Source of the DNA: an uncultured Gaiellales bacterium
Lineage (GTDB): Bacteria > Actinomycetota > Thermoleophilia > Gaiellales > Gaiellaceae
NCBI GenBank assembly: GCA_964496175.1
Contig: CAZBYA010000005.1
Coordinates: 6,481-70,480 of the forward strand
DNA: 64,000 bases
Reading direction: 5' to 3'
This document shows, in pieces, positions 15,782 through 26,558 of the stretch. The notes below the pieces were generated by a model, which ran no database searches, was not told the origin of the DNA, and saw only the letters and a list, made by a program, of their open reading frames with translations. Made by a program: the position numbers and the translations under genes. Position 1 is the stretch's first letter, and each line of letters opens with the position of its first letter.

Positions 15782-17152
15782 CTAGGTCTGCAAAACCACG
15801 AGACGCTCCTCGGTCATCTCGCGGACGGCCCACGCAGGCCCTTCCTTCGTGTTGCCCGACGCCTTGACGCCGCCGTAGGGCATCTGGTCGGCGCGGAACG
15901 TCGGCGCCTCGTTGACCGTGACGCCCCCGAACTCGAGTCGCCGCGAGGCGTCGAGCGCGGTGCGCACGTCGCGCGTGAAGATCGCGGCCTGGAGCCCGTA
16001 GCGCGTCGAGTTCGCGAGCTCGATCGCCTCGTCGACGCTGTCGACGCGCGTCAGCGTCACCACCGGGCCGAACACCTCCTCGCACTGCACCTTGTCGTCG
16101 GGAGCGGGTCCTGCGATCACGACGGGGCGGATCAGCCCGTCCTCGGTCGTGTCGCCGCCGTGCAGCAGCTCGCCCTTCGACTCGTGGACCCACTCGAGGA
16201 TCCGGTCGCGGTCGTGCTCGCTGATCACCGGCCCGACGTCGGTGTCCTCGTCGGCCGGGTCGCCGACCTTGAGCGCGGCGACCTTCGGGACGAACTCCGC
16301 CACGAACGAGTCCCATGCGTCCGCGAGCACGAAGATGCGCTGCACCGAGATGCAGCTCTGGCCCGCGAACGAGAACGCGTTCGCGGCGAGCTTCGCCGCC
16401 GCCCCCTCCGGTGCGTCCGCGCAGACGATCGCCGGCGTCGCGTTGCCGAGCTCGAGCTTCACGCGCTTGCGGTGGGCGCGCTCGGCGATCCCCCAGCCGA
16501 CGTCGCCGGAGCCGGTGAACGTGATCAGCTTCACCCGCTCGTCGTCGACGAGCGCATCTCCGATCTCCGACGCGGAGCCGGCGACGACGTTCAGCCACCC
16601 CGGCGGCAGGCCCGCTTCTTCCTCCAGGCCCGCGAGGAGGAACGCCGAGAGCGGCGTCGCGGAGGCCGGCTTGAGCACGACGGGGCAGCCGGCGGCGAGC
16701 GCCGGCGCGACCTTGTGCGCGACGAGGTTGAGCGGGAAGTTGAACGGCGAGATCGCGCCGACGATCCCGATCGGCACCCGCAGCGTGAAGGCCAGCTTCC
16801 CCTCGCCGGCGGGCGACGCGTCCATCGGCACGACCTCGCCCGCGAGCCTGCGCGCCTCGACCGCGGCGAACGTGAACGTCGAGACGGCCCGCTGCGCCTC
16901 GACGCGCGCGGCCTTCATCGGCTTCCCCGCCTCGGCCGAGATCGTGCGTGCGGCCTCGTCGTGGCGCTCCTCTAGCAGGCGCGCGATCGCGTCGAGGATG
17001 CGCGCGCGCTCGTGCGCCGGGAGGGGCCGCGACGCCGCGTCCGCGGCGGCGTCGAGCGCGCGCCGCGCCTCCGCGGCGCCGCCCTTCGCGACCCGCCCCA
17101 CGACCTCGCCGGAGTAGGGCGAGCGCACCTCGATCCACTCGCCGGTCGCCAT
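15782..17152 (-). CDS. NAD(P)+-dependent aldehyde dehydrogenase
   Basis: Real start at ATG 17150-17152 ('MATGEWIEV'). 'FNFPLNL', 'ITFTGS', catalytic 'ELGNATP' and 'FAGQSCIS' are present. The rest of the 655-aa track ORF is upstream shadow. Confidence 0.9.
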   Translation of the reverse strand: MATGEWIEVRSPYSGEVVGRVAKGGAAEARRALDAAADAASRPLPAHERARILDAIARLLEERHDEAARTISAEAGKPMKAARVEAQRAVSTFTFAAVEARRLAGEVVPMDASPAGEGKLAFTLRVPIGIVGAISPFNFPLNLVAHKVAPALAAGCPVVLKPASATPLSAFLLAGLEEEAGLPPGWLNVVAGSASEIGDALVDDERVKLITFTGSGDVGWGIAERAHRKRVKLELGNATPAIVCADAPEGAAAKLAANAFSFAGQSCISVQRIFVLADAWDSFVAEFVPKVAALKVGDPADEDTDVGPVISEHDRDRILEWVHESKGELLHGGDTTEDGLIRPVVIAGPAPDDKVQCEEVFGPVVTLTRVDSVDEAIELANSTRYGLQAAIFTRDVRTALDASRRLEFGGVTVNEAPTFRADQMPYGGVKASGNTKEGPAWAVREMTEERLVVLQT

Positions 17153-17164
17153 CCATCGGACTCT

Positions 17165-17779
17165 ATGCTCCGGCCGGTGGGGCACGCGGCGAGCGTCCGT
17201 CCGGTCCACTTCTGCGACGTCACGGTCGAGGGCGCGTTGTGGCCGGTGTTCGGCTGGCTGGTCGAGAACGGCAACGAACGGGTGCTCGTCGACACGGGGA
17301 TGATCGACTCGACGCCGGAGCTCGACGCGGAGTGGGGGCCGGTGCTGCGGCCGTGGCCGGAGCTCGGCGAGATCACGGCCGTCGTCAACACGCACCTCCA
17401 CTTCGACCACTGCGGCGGCAACCGCCGCTTCGCGGGCACGCCGACCTTCGTCCAGCGCGTCGAGCTCGAGCACGCCGTCGCGCCGGACTACCTGGAGGAG
17501 TGGGTGCGCTTCCCCGGCGAGTCGTACGTCGAGCTCGACGGCGACGCGGAGCTCTTCGACGGCGTCTCGGTGCTGTTCACGCCCGGTCACTCGCGCGGTC
17601 ACCAGTCGGTGGTCGTGACGACCGACGAGGGCCTCGTCGTGCTCGGCGGCGACGTCACGTACTCGATGCGCGAGCTGATCGACGGCGCGACGGACTCGAT
17701 CCGGCGCATCCACGACCTGCGGCCCCGCCTGGTCTACCTGGCACACCACGATCGGCCCTGGGCTCCCGCCTACACTTGA
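17165..17779 (+). CDS. MBL-fold metallo-hydrolase (lactonase-like)
   Basis: 'VLVDTGM', 'THLHFDHCGG', 'TPGHSRGH', 'LAHHD'. ATG at 17165, only 12 nt from the divergent ALDH start. Confidence 0.8.
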   Translation: MLRPVGHAASVRPVHFCDVTVEGALWPVFGWLVENGNERVLVDTGMIDSTPELDAEWGPVLRPWPELGEITAVVNTHLHFDHCGGNRRFAGTPTFVQRVELEHAVAPDYLEEWVRFPGESYVELDGDAELFDGVSVLFTPGHSRGHQSVVVTTDEGLVVLGGDVTYSMRELIDGATDSIRRIHDLRPRLVYLAHHDRPWAPAYT

Positions 17780-17784
17780 CCTCC

Positions 17785-18945
17785 ATGACCGCCTACATCG
17801 TCGACGCCGTCCGCTCGCCGATCGGGCGGAAGAACGGGACCCTCTCTCAGGTCCGCGGCGACGACCTCGCCGCGCAGGTACTGAACGGCCTGCTCGCGCG
17901 GCACGAGCTCGACCCCGCCGAGATCGAGGACGTGCAGATGGGGTGCGTGACGCAGATCGGCGAGCAGGGGTGGAACATCGGCCGGATGGCGGTGCTCGCA
18001 GCCGGGTGGCCGGTCGAGGTGTGCGGCACGACCGTCGACCGGCAGTGCGGGTCGTCGATGCAGACGAACTTCAACGCAGCCGCGGCCGTGGCGGCGGGAC
18101 AGCTCGACCTGGTCGTCTCCGCCGGCGTCGAGATGATGTCGCGCGTCCCGATGGGGTCGAACGGAGGCTCCGTCTCGGAGCGCGTCACCGACCGCCACGA
18201 GATCGTCATGCAGGGCATCTCCGCCGAGCTGCTCGCGAAGGAGTGGCGTCTCGACCGCGAGTCGCTCGACGCGTACTCGCTCGAGTCGCACAGGCGCGCG
18301 GCGGCGGCGATCGACGAGGGCCGGTTCGAGCGGGAGATCATCCCGATCGACCTGCCCGAGGCGCCGTCCGGCGGTGGCGCGGCGACCGTCACGCGCTTTG
18401 CCGTCGACGAGGCGGTGCGGCGCGAGACGTCGCTCGAGGCGCTCGGGGCGCTGCAGCCGGCGTTCATCCCGGACGGCGTCGTCACCGCCGGGAACTCGTC
18501 GCAGATCGTCGACGGCGCCGCGGCGGTGCTGGTCGCGAGCGAGTCCGCGGTCTCGCGGCTCGGACTGGAGCCGCGCGGCCGGTTCGTGTCGTTCGGGCTC
18601 GCCGGCGTCGACCCGACGCGGATGCTGCACGGCAACCCGCAGGCGATGGAGAAGGCGCTCGCGCGCGCCGGGCTGACGCTCGACGACATGGGGGTGATCG
18701 AGGTCAACGAGGCGTTCGCGTCGGTGATCCTCCAGACCGTCGCCGACCTGCACCTCGAGGACCGGCTCGGCGACCTGAACCCGAACGGCGGCGGCATCTC
18801 GCTCGGCCATCCGCTCGGCGCGACGGGCGCGCGGATCACGGCGACGCTGCTCTCCGAGCTCGAGCGCCGCGGCGCGCGCTACGGGATCGCGTCGATGTGC
18901 GTCGGCTCCGGCATGGCGATCGCCGGCGTGGTCGAACGCTTGTAG
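17785..18945 (+). CDS. Acetyl-CoA C-acyltransferase (thiolase)
   Basis: 'MTAYIVDAVRSPIGRKNG', active-site 'VDRQCGSSMQ', C-terminal 'NGGGISLGHPLGATG' and 'MCVGSGMA'. Confidence 0.9.
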   Translation: MTAYIVDAVRSPIGRKNGTLSQVRGDDLAAQVLNGLLARHELDPAEIEDVQMGCVTQIGEQGWNIGRMAVLAAGWPVEVCGTTVDRQCGSSMQTNFNAAAAVAAGQLDLVVSAGVEMMSRVPMGSNGGSVSERVTDRHEIVMQGISAELLAKEWRLDRESLDAYSLESHRRAAAAIDEGRFEREIIPIDLPEAPSGGGAATVTRFAVDEAVRRETSLEALGALQPAFIPDGVVTAGNSSQIVDGAAAVLVASESAVSRLGLEPRGRFVSFGLAGVDPTRMLHGNPQAMEKALARAGLTLDDMGVIEVNEAFASVILQTVADLHLEDRLGDLNPNGGGISLGHPLGATGARITATLLSELERRGARYGIASMCVGSGMAIAGVVERL

Positions 18946-18963
18946 CCATGCCCGCGCGGGCCA

Positions 18964-18986
18964 TGTCCGGGCTCAGAGCCCGGACA
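18964..18986. promoter_or_regulatory. Perfect 11-1-11 palindrome TGTCCGGGCTC-A-GAGCCCGGACA (operator- or hairpin-like)
   Basis: Read directly from the sequence. It lies in the thiolase-hbd intergenic region, and a related copy lies 60 bp downstream. Confidence 0.4.
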
Positions 18987-19023
18987 GGTCCCGATCCGAC
19001 GACGCGCTGGTCGGTTCGGGACG

Positions 19024-19046
19024 TGTCCACGCTCTGAGCCGGGACA
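19024..19046. promoter_or_regulatory. Imperfect second copy TGTCCACGCTC-T-GAGCCGGGACA
   Basis: The same 23-nt architecture with 2 arm mismatches. It ends 24 nt upstream of a TAGGAT -10-like hexamer (19071-19076) that precedes the hbd GTG. Confidence 0.35.
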
Positions 19047-19084
19047 CGTCTCGAAGTGGCACGGCCCAGGTAGGATCGCGCGCC

Positions 19085-19945
19085 GTGGCACGCGCGGTGC
19101 GGACGGTCGGCGTCGTCGGGCTCGGCGCGATGGGGGCCGGGATCGCCCAGCTCGCCGTCGAGGCCGGCTACCGGACGATCGGCCGCGAGGTCGACGCCGC
19201 CCGCGGCGACGCCGCCCGCGAGCGGATCGGCCACTTCCTCACCCGCAAGGTCGAGAAGGGCCAGCTCGAGCAGGCGGCTCGCGACGACGCGCTCGGCCGC
19301 CTCGACCTGACCACCGACGTCGGCGAGCTCGCGGAGTGCGACCTCGTGATCGAGGCTGCCTTCGAGGACCTCGCCGTCAAGCACGACCTGTTCCGCGAGC
19401 TCGAGCAGGTCGTCGCCGCCGACGCGATCTTCGCCACCAACACGTCGGCGCTCTCCGTCACCGAGATCGCCTCCGTGCTCGAGCGCCCCGAACGAGCCGT
19501 CGGCATGCACTTCTTCAACCCGGCGCCGCTGATGCCCCTCGTCGAGATCGTCCGCGCCGAACGCACCGCCGACGACGTCTTCGAGCGCGCGTTCGAGGTC
19601 GGGAGCACGCTCGGCAAGACGCCGATCCGCTGCGCCGACACGCCCGGCTTCGTCGTCAACCGCGTCTTGATCCCGCTGCTGAACGACTGCGTGCGCGTGC
19701 TCGACGAGGCGGGCGTGACGCCGGACGACCTCGACGCCGGCATGAAGCACGGCGCCGGCTGGCCGATGGGGCCGTGCACGCTGCTCGACCTCGTCGGCGT
19801 CGACGTGCACGTGCACGCGAGCGAGGCGCTGTACGAGAAGCTGCGCGAGCCGCGCATGGCGCCGCCCGCCCGCCTGGTGCGGATGCTCAAGGCGGGCAAG
19901 CTCGGCCGCAAGTCGGGCGAGGGCTTCTACACGTACGAGAGCTAG
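19085..19945 (+). CDS. hbd: 3-hydroxyacyl/3-hydroxybutyryl-CoA dehydrogenase
   Basis: Rossmann 'VGVVGLGAMGAGIA', 'TNTSALSV', 'HFFNPAPLM', 'DTPGFVVNR'. Confidence 0.9.
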   Translation: MARAVRTVGVVGLGAMGAGIAQLAVEAGYRTIGREVDAARGDAARERIGHFLTRKVEKGQLEQAARDDALGRLDLTTDVGELAECDLVIEAAFEDLAVKHDLFRELEQVVAADAIFATNTSALSVTEIASVLERPERAVGMHFFNPAPLMPLVEIVRAERTADDVFERAFEVGSTLGKTPIRCADTPGFVVNRVLIPLLNDCVRVLDEAGVTPDDLDAGMKHGAGWPMGPCTLLDLVGVDVHVHASEALYEKLREPRMAPPARLVRMLKAGKLGRKSGEGFYTYES

Positions 19946-21150
19946 AGCCGCGACGCCGGGCGCACGTGCCGCATCTCGACCCGGAGGCGGCGCGCCGCCG
20001 CGGGGATCGTGCTCCCCTGCACAACGACCGAGAGCAGGACGACGACGAAGACGGTCTCGTAGATGCGCTGCGCGTCGTGGACGTGCTGCGCGACCGCGAA
20101 CGCCGCGAGCAGGATCGGGACGGCGCCCTTGAGACCGCCCCAGATCACGAAGAGCCGCTCGCCGGCGTCGAGCCGCGCGGGGAGAAGCAGCGTGCCGGCG
20201 ACCAGCGGCCGCGCCACGAGCGCGACGAACGCGGCGAGCGCCAGGCCCTCGCCCCAGCGGCCCGCGCCCATGCCGCCGAGGTCGACCGTCAGCCCGAGCG
20301 CGACGAAGACCGTGATCTCCGCCAGCGTCGACAGCCCCTCCTGGAAGACCGCGATCTCCGACCGGAACGGCGCCCGGACGTCGCTCGCGAGCAGGCCCGC
20401 GATGAACACCGCGAGGAAGCCGGAGCCGTGCGCGACGGTGGCGACGCCGTAGACGATGCCGGCGAGCGCGAGCGTCCGCACCGTGTAGAGGCCGCCGGAG
20501 GGCAGCGCGACCCGCGTCAGCAGCCACCGCTCGGCCAGCCCGCCGGCGACGCCGACCGCGAGCCCGATCGCGATCTGCTCGCAGAAGACGCGGACGACGA
20601 TCCAGAAGCTCGCGTCCGCGTGTGTCGCAAGCTGGATCATCCCGAGCATCAGCGCGATCCCGACCGGGTCGTTCGCGCCCGACTCGCCCTCGAGGATCGT
20701 CCCGGTCCGCCCGTGGATCTCGCGCTCGCCGAGCACGGAGAACATGACCGCGGGATCCGTCGGCGCGACCGCGGAGCCGAGCAGCCCGGCGGTCACCCAG
20801 CCGAGCCCGAACGCCCAGTGCACGAAGAGGGCCGCGACGCCCGCCGTCGCGAACGTGCCGGCGACGCCGAGCCAGCCGATCGGGGCGGCCGCGACACGGA
20901 AGCGGCGCCAGCCGATCGAGAAGCCGCCGTCGAACAGGATCACGATCAGCGCGATCGTCCCGATCCGCTCGACCGTGGTGATCGAGAGGACGAGCGTGGG
21001 GAAGAGGTCGGACGCGATCGCCGCGGCGAGCAGGAAGACCGCCGCCGAGGGCACCGCGATGCGGGCGCTCGCCTTCGACGCGAGCAGGGCGGCGGAGAGC
21101 GCGCCGGCGACGAGCAGGACGACGGCGCCGAAGCTCGTGAGCTCGTGCAC
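19942..21150 (-). CDS. Cation:proton antiporter (CPA1, NhaP-type Na+/H+ exchanger)
   Basis: 402 aa, polytopic. 'ILFDGG', 'APTDPA', 'ESGANDPVGIAL'. Its stop shares the CTAG tetranucleotide with the convergent hbd stop. Confidence 0.85.
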   Translation of the reverse strand: MHELTSFGAVVLLVAGALSAALLASKASARIAVPSAAVFLLAAAIASDLFPTLVLSITTVERIGTIALIVILFDGGFSIGWRRFRVAAAPIGWLGVAGTFATAGVAALFVHWAFGLGWVTAGLLGSAVAPTDPAVMFSVLGEREIHGRTGTILEGESGANDPVGIALMLGMIQLATHADASFWIVVRVFCEQIAIGLAVGVAGGLAERWLLTRVALPSGGLYTVRTLALAGIVYGVATVAHGSGFLAVFIAGLLASDVRAPFRSEIAVFQEGLSTLAEITVFVALGLTVDLGGMGAGRWGEGLALAAFVALVARPLVAGTLLLPARLDAGERLFVIWGGLKGAVPILLAAFAVAQHVHDAQRIYETVFVVVLLSVVVQGSTIPAAARRLRVEMRHVRPASRL

Positions 21151-21249
21151 GCGGCCCGACGGTACTAGAGCCGGACCGCGTTCCTCAAAAAAGTCCTTAC
21201 GTTTCGCTCATTGAAGGCATAATTCGGCAGGAAAGACTGATCCTTGCCG

Positions 21250-21759
21250 ATGCGGAGGCTCTGTCTCATCCTGCTCTGTGGCCTGGTCGCCGTGCCCGCG
21301 GCGCTCGCGGCGCCGCGCGCGGCGGGTGACGGTGTGCTCGAGCTGAACGCCGTCAACGCCGACCGCGTCACGATCGTCGCCCGCGGCGCGATCTGGGGCC
21401 AGTTCGACCGTGGCACCCTGATCGTCTACAACCTGCCACAGGGCACGTCGACGCCGTACGTCAGCGGCTACGACGTGTCGTATCCGACGCTCGACGGCAA
21501 CGGCATCGTCTACAAGGGCCGCAACATCCACTTCCGCTCGACCGACGGGCCGTACCGTTTCGTGTTCACGGGCTGGGGCATCGACCTGACGGCGGTGGGC
21601 TCGGGCAAGGCGTACATCGACGGCAACGCCGACGCGATCGACATGGGCAGGTGGGCGGTCGACGACGGCGACTGGCAGCCGGTCCCGGCGAAGCTGAAGA
21701 TCGTGCCGTTCGGCGCGCAGCCGTCCGCGAGCACAGGGTCGACGACGAGCGCGCCCTAA
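21250..21759 (+). CDS. Secreted hypothetical protein (first gene of a three-gene operon with RR/HK)
   Basis: Signal peptide 'MRRLCLILLCGLVAVPAALAAP'. ATG 21250 is preferred over TTG 21244. Its TAA stop directly abuts the response-regulator GTG. Confidence 0.6.
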   Translation: MRRLCLILLCGLVAVPAALAAPRAAGDGVLELNAVNADRVTIVARGAIWGQFDRGTLIVYNLPQGTSTPYVSGYDVSYPTLDGNGIVYKGRNIHFRSTDGPYRFVFTGWGIDLTAVGSGKAYIDGNADAIDMGRWAVDDGDWQPVPAKLKIVPFGAQPSASTGSTTSAP

Positions 21760-22476
21760 GTGGGCGCGCAGGCGCCCAACATCCTGGTGGTCGAGGACGA
21801 GGGCTCGATCGCCTCGTTCGTGTCGCTGTACCTGAAGAACGCCGGCTACGGCGTGCGGACGGCGGCCACCGGCGCAGACGCGCTCGCCCAGGTCGCGTCG
21901 CAGATGCCGAACCTGATCGTGCTCGACCTGATGCTCCCCGACATCGATGGGATCGAGGTCTGCAAGCGGATCCGCCAGTCGAGCGACGTGCCGATCCTGA
22001 TGCTGACGGCGCGAGACGAGGACGTCGACAAGATCATCGGTCTCGAGGTCGGCGCCGACGACTACCTGACGAAGCCGTTCAACCCGCGCGAGCTCGTGGC
22101 CCGTGTCAAGTCGGTGCTGCGCCGCGCGGCGCCCGGCCGTCGCGACCGCGAGAGCGAGGTGATCGCGCACGGCGACCTGCACATCGACGCCGGCCGGCGC
22201 GAGGTGCACGTCGGCAACGAGGAGGTCCAGCTCGCGCCGAAGGAGTTCGACCTGCTCTGGGAGCTGCTCGACCACCGCGGGCTCGTGCTCACTCGCGACC
22301 AGCTGCTCGAGCGCGTCTGGGGCTACACGTTCGCCGGAGACACGCGCACCGTCGACGTCCACGTCCGCCAGCTTCGGCGCAAGCTCGGCGACGCGTCGCC
22401 GATCGTGACCGTGTGGGGCGTCGGCTACAAGGTCTCGCCCGCGAAGGACGCCACGAAGGACACGGCGAAGACGTAG
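21760..22476 (+). CDS. OmpR/PhoB-family response regulator
   Basis: 'LVVEDEGSI', 'LIVLDLMLPDIDG', 'LMLTARD', 'DDYLTKPF' and the winged helix ending 'VWGVGYKV'. Confidence 0.9.
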   Translation: MGAQAPNILVVEDEGSIASFVSLYLKNAGYGVRTAATGADALAQVASQMPNLIVLDLMLPDIDGIEVCKRIRQSSDVPILMLTARDEDVDKIIGLEVGADDYLTKPFNPRELVARVKSVLRRAAPGRRDRESEVIAHGDLHIDAGRREVHVGNEEVQLAPKEFDLLWELLDHRGLVLTRDQLLERVWGYTFAGDTRTVDVHVRQLRRKLGDASPIVTVWGVGYKVSPAKDATKDTAKT

Positions 22477-22482
22477 GGTCTG

Positions 22483-26228
<3,746 letters not shown>

Positions 26229-26546
26229 ATGTCCGGATTCCTGATCCTGATCGTCATCCTCGGGGCGATGTGGCTGCTGTTCGCGATGCCCGCGCGCCGC
26301 AAGCGCGCCGCCCACGTCGCGATGCAGGACTCGCTCGCGCCCGGCGACGAGGTGATCACCGCGGGCGGGCTGCACGGGACCGTGCGGGAGCTCGAGAACG
26401 GGCACCTGCGGCTCGAGATCGCCGACGGCGTCGTCGTCACGCTCGACCGGCGGGCGGTCGCGGCCGTCGCGACCGAGGTCGAGGTCGAGACCGAGGCGGA
26501 GCCGGAGCCGGAGGCGGGGCCGGAAAGCCCCGTGGAACCCGGCTAA
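26229..26546 (+). CDS. yajC: Preprotein translocase subunit YajC
   Basis: N-terminal TM followed by 'LAPGDEVITAGGLHGTV'. The ATG directly follows the tgt stop. Confidence 0.85.
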   Translation: MSGFLILIVILGAMWLLFAMPARRKRAAHVAMQDSLAPGDEVITAGGLHGTVRELENGHLRLEIADGVVVTLDRRAVAAVATEVEVETEAEPEPEAGPESPVEPG

Positions 26547-26558
26547 CCTGTCCGGCGC

